64,000 nt of DNA from a bacterium (GTDB taxonomy: Bacteria > Hinthialibacterota > Hinthialibacteria > Hinthialibacterales > Hinthialibacteraceae): the NCBI GenBank assembly GCA_963663405.2, contig CAXXSM010000109.1, positions 1 through 64,000 on the forward strand. The letters run 5' to 3'. The position numbers were made by a program, and so were the translations under genes. Shown in pieces: positions 21,601 to 31,000 of this stretch (its first letter is position 1; each line of letters starts with the position of its first letter). The notes under the pieces are model-generated. The model worked only from the letters and a program-made list of their open reading frames with translations. It searched no databases and was not told the DNA's origin.

Positions 21601-22177
21601 CATCTTTTAATTCACTGAGAGCCTGATTGATTACAGGTTTTTGGGCGCGTTCGGCGAATAATTGCTTCGCTTCTTCATCCAGGTTGGAAAGAACACCGCG
21701 TAATCCAGAAATCCCCATACCAGCTGAAAATAAGGCTTGCCCTGCGTCTCCTTCTCCGCTTAAGATATCTTTGCCTCCTTCCCGCAGTGATATGTGATTG
21801 ATCCCAAAGAAGTTAGAGAATAGATCCGCATTTACGCCGCTAAGCAGTTTTGTTAAAAAGGAATCGTCGAGTTTCTTCCGGTCGTTCTCATCCCTCAACG
21901 TGTTTTTATGCCCTTTCCGGCGGATAAAAGGGATCTCCGATCCATCCGCGAGCCGGATCGTGGCGCCGACGCGCAGGTCGTTATATCTATGTTTGAAATT
22001 ATCCGGCGTGCGGGTGGGGATACCATATAACAACGCTTTCAGCGCCCGCAGAGCGGTACTTTTCCCCGCTTCATTAGGCCCGAAAATAATATGCAGCCCT
22101 TCCCTGCCCTTTGATAGATCGAGTGTTTTCTTTTCAAACAAACCATAGGCGATCAAGTCCAGTTCAAGAATTCTCAT
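18659..22177 (-). CDS. yhaN: YhaN-family SMC/Rad50-like coiled-coil ATPase (AAA_27)
   Basis: IFGPNEAGKST, long coiled coil, MSDGTRDQLYLSLRLA, PFILDDVLVHFDDER, YFTHH. Confidence 0.9.
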   Translation of the reverse strand: MRILELDLIAYGLFEKKTLDLSKGREGLHIIFGPNEAGKSTALRALKALLYGIPTRTPDNFKHRYNDLRVGATIRLADGSEIPFIRRKGHKNTLRDENDRKKLDDSFLTKLLSGVNADLFSNFFGINHISLREGGKDILSGEGDAGQALFSAGMGISGLRGVLSNLDEEAKQLFAERAQKPVINQALSELKDVKKMIRDASLSSVDWQHHHDTLKNSLVQKEKLDEEMTALRREDKRLDRIKKSLVPAAKRKEMIREREEMGEIPLLRENFTEERVGTVQTLMNARTVEKETEETLKTIEKEIENVIVPETILRWSDAIERLYKDRGGPDKAQKDLPYLIAQRDQAERDAETILHEVHPQFDSKEAEALQLTAQDKARISELSSQYQALINKNKDSKEKIDDLKRQIEEAKNTIQSMEEPKNTDFLESAIQTALEQGNVETVLKTAARECQQLEDECGINLEALPLWNGSLEGLEKLPAPPEETIDRFETEFSETKNELNKINGLILDEEKKKSDLDQKVDEIQSKGKVPLEEELTQAREKREEGWRLVKAAWLEKKENQEETKRFADTFGLGLPLSSAYEKSVVSADDVSDQLRNEADRAAAYAQLVIEREKCIQRIEDFSNQRDRQNQREKEIQNNWSNLWSFLETEPLPPKEMRSWMRKRDSLIHKSEEFRDKHRQINELKVCIEKCQSQLGRCLESLGEPKDVKDESLQQIIERARRVIKRIEQIAKNRENFETEVSGLEKELEKNIQIQKRAEFDLLQWGTKWADAVKPLGLNREASPGVANAVVGKIAESLEKRKDARGFQDRIDGINREMKQYSAEVKDLAEKAAPDLINQPALSVIDELYVRLNEARKKSDLKTRLIESLEKKTKVLEKARTEINQSNACLHELQREAHCNELDELPEAERKSKRAREIDQNIRNLEERLIELGDGMGVDELIQDAESSDADVLDSQIAGITEQIRELTDKQSKLSETIGAERRELESMRGDSKAAESAETAQEILARIRAGVERYTVVRLASAALRREIELYREKNQGPLLLRAGELFSELTLNSFEKLDTDFNEKDQLVLQGIRSGSGERIDVDGMSDGTRDQLYLSLRLASLERYLKNHEPMPFILDDVLVHFDDERSNAALRLFAEISNRAQVVYFTHHERLLELAQETVGEEILQINRL

Positions 22178-23438
22178 ACCGCTCCCCCATTTCATGAAAC
22201 CGCGCAACCAGCGTTTCCTTTACATTACTTAATACATTTCGGAGATAATCAGGGTGTTTCAGATCGAGCGCGTCTGGCTCCTCTTTCAATTCATGAGGAA
22301 TTTTTTTGATTAGATCGTCCAATTCTCCGCTCAATTCGATTAGCGCTTCTTCATTCGTCTCCAGATCGTCAAGGTACTGCAATAGATCATTCAACGGCCC
22401 TTCATGATCAATGGATTCAGGCAGACTGACAACAGGAGATGTATTGAACTTGACCTTTTCAATCCAGATTGATTCTCCGCTTACAGCCGCCGCCAAACGG
22501 CGAATCTCATTCACCCATTTTTCACGAGCGATAGCGAATTGTTCGTGAGCAGGACAGGGACCGTTTATTTCCACCCGCATGGCTATCGGGCGCCCGTCAC
22601 TCTCTCCAAAAAAATCATTGATCCGATCTTCGATCAAATCGAGAATTCCCTCCCCTGTCTCTTCACCCGATGTATGCAGAATCATCTGTTCCCACCGCAG
22701 GGTGTCTAAATCCCGGTGTTCATATTCCACCTTGTGATCATCACTGACGGTGACTAAGGTACAGCCTTTATGCCCCGTTTCCCGGATATGACGGCCCTGG
22801 ATATTTCCGGAAAAAAGAATGGGGGGATCTTTATGCAAAACTTCGCGTGTGTGAACATGCCCCAGCGCCCAATACTGATAGCCCTTCGACAATAAGCCAT
22901 CTACTGTACAGGGAGCGTAGACATCATGTCCCTCCCGGCCTGTCGCGGAAGTGTGAAGCATTCCAATATTAAAATATCCAGACAGAGCGGAGGGGTATTT
23001 TTCCGTAAGATCGTCTTTGACCTCCCGTTTCAAGAAGCTCTGTCCGTGTATGGCCACGCCAAGATCGTCCAGTTTGACGGTCTCCGGTTTCCGGTCGGAT
23101 AGCCTCTTAACATTTTCCGGCAAATTGAGAGACCGTGTCATATGATTCATGGCGTCATGGTTGCCGGTGATGAGAAACACCCGAATTCCCGCTTCCCGCA
23201 GTTTCGACATCTGCCTGCAGAAAAACAAGCCCGTGTTATAATCCCTCCAATCCCCATCGTAAAGATCACCCGCAATACAGACGAATTGGACTTCCTCCTC
23301 CACAGCGAGATCAATCAAATTCTCCAACGCGCGCCGCGCCGCCTGTCGAACCCGTTCCACTGGAGCGCCTTCATACCGCTCCAATCCCCGTAGAGGGCTA
23401 TCTAAATGAATATCCGCGGCATGGATGAATTTAAACAT
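22164..23438 (-). CDS. yhaO: YhaO/SbcD/Mre11-like metallophosphoesterase nuclease
   Basis: HAADIHLDSP, AGDLYD, GNHD, YWALGHVH; overlaps the yhaN start. Confidence 0.9.
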   Translation of the reverse strand: MFKFIHAADIHLDSPLRGLERYEGAPVERVRQAARRALENLIDLAVEEEVQFVCIAGDLYDGDWRDYNTGLFFCRQMSKLREAGIRVFLITGNHDAMNHMTRSLNLPENVKRLSDRKPETVKLDDLGVAIHGQSFLKREVKDDLTEKYPSALSGYFNIGMLHTSATGREGHDVYAPCTVDGLLSKGYQYWALGHVHTREVLHKDPPILFSGNIQGRHIRETGHKGCTLVTVSDDHKVEYEHRDLDTLRWEQMILHTSGEETGEGILDLIEDRINDFFGESDGRPIAMRVEINGPCPAHEQFAIAREKWVNEIRRLAAAVSGESIWIEKVKFNTSPVVSLPESIDHEGPLNDLLQYLDDLETNEEALIELSGELDDLIKKIPHELKEEPDALDLKHPDYLRNVLSNVKETLVARFHEMGERYENS

Positions 23439-23562
23439 TTTTCCTCCAAACGATGTTTTGCCGTAAATCCGGGTGGTGGGTTCTTTTATCATCGAAGATA
23501 TCAGGAGGATTGTCAATCAACAAGTCACATTGGCTAATGGTTCATTTGGTTTGTAATTTTTT

Positions 23563-23606
23563 TTGTCTGAATCTGGATAGACAGGATATTCAGGATTTAC
23601 TGGATG
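23563..23606. repeat. Solo arm of the TGTCTGAATC-(GGAT)n repeat family
   Basis: TTGTCTGAATCTGGATAGACAGGATATTCAGGATTTACTGGAT resembles the arms at 46861-47003. Confidence 0.65.
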
Positions 23607-23778
23607 AAGATTTAGATCGTTCGTTGGTTCAATGTATTGCCATTTCATTGAATGCGTTTTGTTATTTTTGTTATTATGGATAGGACACCCACGCTCCATA
23701 TCCATTAATCATTATTTTTTAGATTTCGCATTTTCACTAAACGAAACCGGCTCGGAAGCGTCTCTACTTATAAAAAAT

Positions 23779-23832
23779 AACGGCATCCGCCGATATTTCG
23801 TCTTGACAAATCGGCAATTGCCGATATACAAT
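23779..23832 (+). promoter_or_regulatory. sigma70 promoter of blaI with a palindromic operator
   Basis: TTGACA (23803-23808), 18 nt, TACAAT (23827-23832); perfect palindrome ATCGGCAATTGCCGAT in the spacer (23810-23825); related site AACGGCATCCGCCGAT at 23779-23794. Confidence 0.75.
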
Positions 23833-23893
23833 CTCATTTGAAATCGATTTCAGTGATGACGAGCAGTACAAAATGTATTTGGGAGAGTTAGGA

Positions 23894-24286
23894 ATGTCCA
23901 GTAAAAAAATCCGTATCCCAGATTCGGAACTTGAAGTGCTTCACGTGCTGTGGGAAAAAGGGCCCTCCACGGCGCGGGATATCCGCGAAGCGCTTGAAGC
24001 GGCGAAGGGGCAGGAACTGGCTCATTCAACGGTCGTCTCTTTCATTCAGCGCCTGAAAAAAAAAGGCCACATCGAACGCACGGGGGAGCAGGTGGGAAAA
24101 GCCTTCGTGTACCGGGCGAAATTAAAACCGGACAACGCGCGCGATCATTTCGTGAATAAGTTCATCTCGCGATGGCTTGGCAGCGATATGGTTCCGGTTT
24201 TGTTTCAACTGATTGAAAGCAGCGATTTGAGCCTGGATGAGATCGCCCAACTGCGTGAGAAAATTGGACCGGGAAGAACACCTTAA
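23894..24286 (+). CDS. BlaI/MecI/CopY family transcriptional repressor (probable extra A near the 3' end)
   Basis: SELEVLHVLWEKGPSTARDI, LAHSTVVSFIQRLKKKG, GKAFVY, LSLDEIAQLRE. Confidence 0.9.
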   Translation: MSSKKIRIPDSELEVLHVLWEKGPSTARDIREALEAAKGQELAHSTVVSFIQRLKKKGHIERTGEQVGKAFVYRAKLKPDNARDHFVNKFISRWLGSDMVPVLFQLIESSDLSLDEIAQLREKIGPGRTP

Positions 24287-24300
24287 AAAGGAGCGGAACA

Positions 24301-26170
24301 ATGATTGTTGAGTATTTCTTCTCTTTCGCCGATCCTTGGTGGAGTTGGGCGCTCGCTTGTTTATGGAGCGCGCTTCCCCTATATCTATGCGCGGAACTCA
24401 TTGTGCGATTCGCACGATGGATTTCTCCGCAGATCAAGCATCTTATCCTGCTCGTTGTATTAATGAATTGCGTGACCTACCCGTTATGGACATTCACTGT
24501 TCCATTGTATTCACTAAAGGAAACGGTTGGGAAATCAATCACCGGAGAAGATCGCATTAGAACAAAACAGTCCGCAAACCGAACCGGTCGAACTCGATCG
24601 TATACGGCAAGAGTCAAGCATGCGGCCTGCGGCAACTAGTGGACGGCAGCCGGCGCCGTTTCATCAGATCATATTCTTGATCGGTCTAACCGGGAGCATG
24701 GTTCTGTCGATCGTCATCGCGGTCAAACTGCTGCAGATCGCATGGCGCGTCAGGCAGTTCACGCCGCGACGAACGCTTGACAGAAGTTTGCGCCAGTCTT
24801 TGCAAAAGGCTGGGCATGAAAGCGCCTTGTGTCTATGTTTCAAACTCTAATATTCTTCCCAGCGCGGTTGGGATTCTCTCACCCTGTTTGATTTTTCCAG
24901 AACAGATTTTACGGAAAAACGGTCATGAACTGACGTCGATTGTGGCGCACGAATTGGCGCATTTGAAACGGCGCGACTGTCTGGTCAACTGGTTTCAACT
25001 GACGCTGACCACCGCTATGTGGTGGAATCCAATCGTAGCCAGAGTCAATCACCTTCTGCGTTGCGAGATGGAACACTGCTGCGACGATTTCGTCCTGCGC
25101 GCAACCGGCATTTCACCATACCGGTTATTCCACTGTTTTACTGGACGTGGCGAAAGAACATGTCCAGAACCGGATTCATGGGTGGATACCCGCATTCGCT
25201 CCACCCAAACATACCATTAACGAACGAATAAGGAGAATTACCATGTTTAACGCAACAAAAAAAACGTTATTCCATTCGAAGTGTATCGATCCTCGTGTCA
25301 TTCATCGCCGCGTCACTGGTTGGATTCCAAACCGTCAGCCGCCCAACAAGATATTGTGATTCATGAGACGGGATTATGGGACGATCCAAGTTGAAGAGAT
25401 TTCCAAGCAAATTAGAAATGTTGGAAACGCTATTGGAGGCCAAAAAGAAACAGGATCCAAAGATTCAATCCAAAGAGATGCAGAAGGCATTACACGAATT
25501 TACGACAGCTTTAAACAATCTCGGTGAAGCTATCTTAATCGAAGATAAAATTACAAGAGGATTAATCAAAGACAAAGAAGATTTAATCAACAAGGAAAAA
25601 ACACTCAAAATTCAAATCTTGGAAGCGTATCGCAACGACAAACAAAAGGAAGCCGAACAATATGAGAAGGAATATGTCGAACTCATGCTGCCTCAGATTG
25701 TCGATCCGGCCTTTTTGGGTGATGAAGACCTAGTGGAAAGGATGAATAAACCCGGCACGTTTATGCGGGATCTCATCGGCAGGACGTACGCTGAAATCCG
25801 TTCGCTCAAATGCGCGATCGAGGCGATCCATATTGACTATAAAAAACTTCCCATCCCGATCGAAGGAAATCGCATCGATCAGGCAGGCATAAAAACGGAA
25901 TGGGAAGGCAAGAAGATCACTGCGCGGATCAATGATCCAATCATGTATATCAGTTCGATTCCCGCGGATCCATTTGATTTATCCGGCGCCTATTACGCTT
26001 ATTTCAGCGATGGGAAAACCTACATCCTCTCATCGATGGGACCGGATGGGGATTTCGATTACGATGTATCGAAATACAAGGGCGAAAGCCTCGAAGAACT
26101 GAAACCATATATCTTTAACATTGAAAACGGTTTTGCGAGTTCGGGAGATATTATTGTAGTCGGCCCATAA
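24301..26170 (+). CDS. BlaR1/M56 metallopeptidase sensor with a C-terminal pseudopilin-like domain, multiply frameshifted
   Basis: Fragments 24301, 24527, 24777 (IVAHELAHLKRRD, WWNP, EHCCD), 25147 (INERIRRI) and 25376-26170 (YISSIPADPF, SMGPD, NGFASSGDIIVVGP); joining them into one gene is inferred. Confidence 0.7.
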
Positions 26171-26195
26171 TCGATTCACTCTAAAGAGAAAGACT

Positions 26196-26230
26196 GAAAG
26201 GGAACGTGGATCGCGTTCCCTTTCTTTTTT
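26196..26230 (+). terminator. Intrinsic terminator
   Basis: GAAAGGGAACG-TGGATCG-CGTTCCCTTTC followed by a T run. Confidence 0.8.
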
Positions 26231-26432
26231 CTATGAGGTTTCAATTCACATTACACTCAATGCGCTCAACAATTGCGCTCTAGCGTACGAGCGAACAACT
26301 GCATTTGTATTTCCTATCTCAACTAAAAAAAATAAAATAATACACGCAAAAACAACATAATCCCGTTTCTTATTAGTGAAGACACGATCGATGATTCATG
26401 AATCATAAATCAACAGAGATGGAAAAGCGAAC

Positions 26433-26975
26433 TTGAATGACAAACTGAAAGTCTATCAACACTATATCGAACCGATCCGGAACCGCATGATCCAAACGAT
26501 TTGGCGGCTGACGCGTAATGCGGATGATACGGAGGATGTTATACAGGACGCGTTGGAGCGGATTATCAAAGTGATTCCAAAACTCGAAAAGCATCCTAAT
26601 CCAACCGCCTATATCCTGCGGATCTGCATCAACACCGCCCACGATCATCTCCGCCGGAAAAAGAATTGGGTATTGTTAGAGGATCAGAATCCCACAGCGT
26701 TCAATCAAATCAGCATCACTCCCACTCCCGCGGAATCACTTGTGTGGAAGGAGAGAATACAGGACGTTCTCGCCGCCATTCGTAGACTGCCGAAACGGGA
26801 AATGGAAGCGTTGATCCTCTTGGTTTTCGAAGAGTTTACTTATCCTGAAATCGCCCTGGTCATGGATTGCCGGGAGAGTTCGATCCGCTCCATGATCGCT
26901 AAAGCCCGAAAACGCCTTTCGCGGTGGATCGGAGAATCCGCATCGCTTGATACTTTGGAGGTTCAAGAATCATGA
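26433..26975 (+). CDS. ECF-type RNA polymerase sigma factor
   Basis: DTEDVIQDA, AYILRICINTAHDHLRR, LPKREMEAL...TYPEIA...SIRSMIAKARKRL. Confidence 0.9.
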   Translation: MNDKLKVYQHYIEPIRNRMIQTIWRLTRNADDTEDVIQDALERIIKVIPKLEKHPNPTAYILRICINTAHDHLRRKKNWVLLEDQNPTAFNQISITPTPAESLVWKERIQDVLAAIRRLPKREMEALILLVFEEFTYPEIALVMDCRESSIRSMIAKARKRLSRWIGESASLDTLEVQES

Positions 26976-29548
26976 AAGAGATAAGGGATAACAATAATAA
27001 TATAGACCGCGTCGTAAAAGAAATCCTGGATGGAAATGTTCCCCACAACATTCAGTCGAAAGCCATAGCCCGTTTCGAAGCCGTCAAACAACGATTGGAA
27101 CAAGAACCATCAGGTTCTAAGTATGGCTGGTTCCGGTTGAGTTGGGCGGGCGCGGGAATGATGGGAACATTGTTGGGAATCTTTATATTAAGTATGATTC
27201 TCAATCAATCCAACCTGACCTGGGCGGAAGTGGAAAATCGGTTTCAATCCGTCTCGTTCTTCAGCGCCACAGCCTATTTCACCGATAATCCCAACGAGAA
27301 ACCCGAAAAAATCGAAATGTGGATGGGGAACAACGGCAAATGCCGATTGCATAAAGAAGGCATGATCTATTTCGGAGAAAAAGGGAAATTGATCCAAGCG
27401 ATTCACGCGCAAACCGGCCAACCATTCGAGCCGGGACGACAGGATGAAGCGATAGAAATGATTCGTATGCTGGGAGGCATGGAAAACTTTTCCCTGGATG
27501 GAATCTTGAAAACATTTTGCGGCAAAATCACTCTATCAGAACCCTTAGAGAACAAGGAACTTGGACTCTCTAAAGACATGACAATCTTTGATATCACCAA
27601 CGACCGAACACCAGAATGGATGCGGATCTGGGTGCTGAAAACAAGTGGACTGCCGGTCAGGATGAGGCATTGGGATCCACGGCAGGCGGAATCGATGGAT
27701 GTAGTCTTCGACTATATGATAGAACAGCCCGAAGAAGCGTTCGATCCAGAGATCTATCAGAAGACGCTCCGGTCAGCGAATAATGGATGGGGCAATCAAG
27801 TCTACGCGTTGTTAAAAGATCCCGGCGGCCGCGCGATGACTCCACAGGATGTGTTTGACGACACCGGCTACCACATGCCCATAGTAAAAGAGATTGGGAT
27901 GACGGATGAAGGTGTAGTATGGGTTCTATCCACAAAAAGCAGTAACCAAGCGCCCGATGGACGAACAATCGAAGGATTTGGTGAATTAACCGACGATCTC
28001 AGTCAAGAGTATATCTTCACTCCATTAGGACATCGTTACAAAGATGATCTGGCCTTGGAATATTACATCCCCTATGCATACCGGATCGATTACCAGAAAC
28101 CAAAAAAATTAATCCTAACCGCGACGACCCAGCCCGATCATCAGCAGCAAGTATATGATGTCATCGGAACATTTAAATTTGACGAATGGGTGGAATCCAA
28201 CCCGCTTCCCGATCCGCTTATCCAAGGGATAAAAATCGACTGCCTTAAAGAAGTTATCCAGGAAGCCAGTTATAACCACGATTGGGATCGATTCGACACA
28301 CTGCTGTCTATGATCCCCGGTGAACCGGAAGAAAGCGAAGACGCGTTTTACCGGGACAACCAGCGGCTCGATAAACTCATGATCATGGATAAAAAAGAAG
28401 AAGCGTTTCCACTCGCGCGACGCCTGTTCTCGATCATCCAAAACGATCTGGAGGATTGGGAAAAAGATTATAGTCAGGAAGCGTTTCGGCGCACAAAATT
28501 GATAGAGGATTACATCCTTCTTTTATGCGCCAGAGGGGAAGAAGAGGAAGCGCAAAAGTGGATTCGCATCCAGAAAAAACGCCTCAAAGCCCTTACAAAC
28601 CAAGGCAATTACGATGCGGAAGCTGGTTTTCTCTCCGCGATGGCCAACATGCTTCATGACCGGTACCGGTGGAGTATAGACCGTATCATTCAATTACTGG
28701 AAACGGACATTCATGAAGAACGGATCAAACAATATCTATCATCCTTCATTCATCAAAAACCGGCAAACGAGCAACCGGCCTATCAACCTTGGTTAAAATT
28801 CGCACAAAAAGTATTTGAACAGTACAAAGAACTTGAGTTCCCCGAAACACTCGAAATCGCCCGGATCGATCAACGTTTTGATGTTAGTCATCCAACCTAT
28901 CCGATCGCGTTTCCCGATCATCCTGATTACGTATTGATGTTGTATAATGGTTCCTGGGACAGTATCGCCCGTGGATACGCGCTCACGCATGGCAAAGATC
29001 ACCGTCTGGTCCGTATAGGCGATGAATTGAAAGAGGAGAAAATTTATCTTCCACTCGTGATTCATGAAAATGTAACCCACAAGGACCGCTTCGATTGGAT
29101 TCTTCAACACAACGGTGTAGAAATCATTGAGAAACCGGAAATCCACACAGTATGGGTGGCGAAATACGATAACCGTCCTCTCCCAAAATGGCGTAAGGTC
29201 CGCCCAGCGGATGGTAGTCATTTAAACCGCAATCCCATCGCGCGGGGAGGTGGAACAAGCACATCCATCACCTCTCTCTTAGAAATATTCGAACGGATCG
29301 CCAATGGAAATCAGTGGCAAAATACAATTGATGATGATCCAGTAATCATTCTCGACGAAACCGGTCTGCCTACCAAACCAGGAGAAAACCAAACTCCCGG
29401 CAGCATCTGCATCACCTACAGCTACGCTTTCTGGGATGGAGAAGACGGGATGCAATTATCTAAGGACTGGTTTGCCAACACATTCGGAATCACCTTCCAT
29501 GAAGAGGAACGTGAGCTGATTGTATTGGAATTTCAGAAGAAAAAATAA
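26972..29548 (+). CDS. Putative membrane-anchored anti-sigma factor with a large extracytoplasmic region
   Basis: ATGA overlap with the ECF gene; short N-terminal domain, single TM (aa ~57-77), ~780-aa tail. Confidence 0.65.
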   Translation: MKEIRDNNNNIDRVVKEILDGNVPHNIQSKAIARFEAVKQRLEQEPSGSKYGWFRLSWAGAGMMGTLLGIFILSMILNQSNLTWAEVENRFQSVSFFSATAYFTDNPNEKPEKIEMWMGNNGKCRLHKEGMIYFGEKGKLIQAIHAQTGQPFEPGRQDEAIEMIRMLGGMENFSLDGILKTFCGKITLSEPLENKELGLSKDMTIFDITNDRTPEWMRIWVLKTSGLPVRMRHWDPRQAESMDVVFDYMIEQPEEAFDPEIYQKTLRSANNGWGNQVYALLKDPGGRAMTPQDVFDDTGYHMPIVKEIGMTDEGVVWVLSTKSSNQAPDGRTIEGFGELTDDLSQEYIFTPLGHRYKDDLALEYYIPYAYRIDYQKPKKLILTATTQPDHQQQVYDVIGTFKFDEWVESNPLPDPLIQGIKIDCLKEVIQEASYNHDWDRFDTLLSMIPGEPEESEDAFYRDNQRLDKLMIMDKKEEAFPLARRLFSIIQNDLEDWEKDYSQEAFRRTKLIEDYILLLCARGEEEEAQKWIRIQKKRLKALTNQGNYDAEAGFLSAMANMLHDRYRWSIDRIIQLLETDIHEERIKQYLSSFIHQKPANEQPAYQPWLKFAQKVFEQYKELEFPETLEIARIDQRFDVSHPTYPIAFPDHPDYVLMLYNGSWDSIARGYALTHGKDHRLVRIGDELKEEKIYLPLVIHENVTHKDRFDWILQHNGVEIIEKPEIHTVWVAKYDNRPLPKWRKVRPADGSHLNRNPIARGGGTSTSITSLLEIFERIANGNQWQNTIDDDPVIILDETGLPTKPGENQTPGSICITYSYAFWDGEDGMQLSKDWFANTFGITFHEEERELIVLEFQKKK

Positions 29549-29573
29549 TCATCGAAAGAATAATGCGCGCACA

Positions 29574-29597
29574 GGGGCGGACAAATCCATCCGCCCC
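29574..29597. terminator. Hairpin between convergent genes (terminator or degenerate REP)
   Basis: GGGGCGGA-CAAATCCA-TCCGCCCC. Confidence 0.5.
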
Positions 29598-29618
29598 TTC
29601 CGCCTTCAACCAATACTC

Positions 29619-30794
29619 CTAATGCATCATTTCAATCTCTCGCGTAATCTCATCAAGGCTAATCACCTCAATGTTGGAATTCATGGGAAACCTGTCCGTT
29701 CCAGGATACACGATAAACGTTTTCAATGGTTTCAGATCATCAATGGCGTTACGGAAACTCTTATCAAGTTTCGGCGCAAGACTGCGCTTAATTTCGATCG
29801 CCCATACACCACGCCGCTTTCCAAATTCCAACAGTAGATCAATCTCAGCGCCAGCGGCTGTACGATAAAAACTCGCCCTTGTCCGCTCTGGAGCTGCGGC
29901 GAGAAGATTCTCTATGACAAATCCTTCCCAGCTGGGTCCTGCAACTGGATGCCCCATCAAATCATCAAGGATTTCAATCCCTAACAACGCATGAACGAGT
30001 CCACTATCCCGCACATACGTCTTGGGAGATTTTACAAGCCGTTTTCCAACATTTTTGTGAAAAGGCAGTAGACAGCGCACGAGCAATAGATCGGTGAGTA
30101 AACCAATATAATTAGTAATAGTTGGCGCGCTAACTCCAAGACCACTGGCCAATCGAGACGCATTGAGCAGCGTTCCCTGATTGTGGGCCAGCATTGTCCA
30201 GAACCGCTCAAGTGTCTCCGATGGAATTTTGTACCCAAACAGAGGTACCTCTCGCTCTAAATAGGTACGAATCAGATTGACCCGGTAGACAAAACTATCC
30301 TCATCATTACCCGCTAAATAGCTGTCGGGGAAACCGCCTCGAAGCCATAACCGGTTTATATTTTCATCTCCTGTCTCTACCTCGATCACTGAAAGCGGAT
30401 GAAGATGAATATACTCAATTCGTCCAGCCAATGTTTCACTCGATTGCCGCATCAATTCCATCGACGTCGAACCTAAAATCAGAAATCGGCCATTCCGTCT
30501 CCCAATCCGCCGCCCTTCGTCGATAATTCCGCGTAATTCCTGAAAAATTTCAGGCATGCGGTGAATCTCATCCAATATGACAAGTTTGTCTGTATGTCTT
30601 CTCAGAAACAGAGCCGGATCAGATAATTTTGCTCGGTCCGCCGCCGTTTCGAGATCGAGATAGAAAGCGGAATCCTCACTCGCAATCATTTGAGCGAGGG
30701 TCGTTTTCCCCACTTGGCGCGCTCCGATAAGAGCAACCGCCGCTTGGCGGGATAACGCGGTTCTAATTTGAGAGTATGCTGCTCTTGGAATCAT
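29619..30794 (-). CDS. AAA_14 ATPase with DUF4143 C-terminal domain
   Basis: GARQVGKTT, ILDEIH, SETLAGRI, RGGFPDS, KSPKTYVRDSGL, GAEIDLL, AIEIK. Confidence 0.9.
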   Translation of the reverse strand: MIPRAAYSQIRTALSRQAAVALIGARQVGKTTLAQMIASEDSAFYLDLETAADRAKLSDPALFLRRHTDKLVILDEIHRMPEIFQELRGIIDEGRRIGRRNGRFLILGSTSMELMRQSSETLAGRIEYIHLHPLSVIEVETGDENINRLWLRGGFPDSYLAGNDEDSFVYRVNLIRTYLEREVPLFGYKIPSETLERFWTMLAHNQGTLLNASRLASGLGVSAPTITNYIGLLTDLLLVRCLLPFHKNVGKRLVKSPKTYVRDSGLVHALLGIEILDDLMGHPVAGPSWEGFVIENLLAAAPERTRASFYRTAAGAEIDLLLEFGKRRGVWAIEIKRSLAPKLDKSFRNAIDDLKPLKTFIVYPGTDRFPMNSNIEVISLDEITREIEMMH

Positions 30795-31000
30795 CCTTGT
30801 ATATTAAAAGCAAAAACTTTTAATTTGCAAGGAAAAATAATCATTTCCGTATCCTTAAATTTAATAATTTGGATTGAGATACTGGAACCAACAGCGATTA
30901 ACGTGCGATCTCAAATCACTATTGATACATATAACTAATGGGAAATTAAAAAATACGGTATAATCGTCCAATCTAGAGAGATTAGGAGATAAGAAACACA

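Noticed and set aside
18659-23438. yhaO/yhaN as a novel defence system
   Set aside because: A widespread, known SbcCD-like pair; no additional defence genes adjacent
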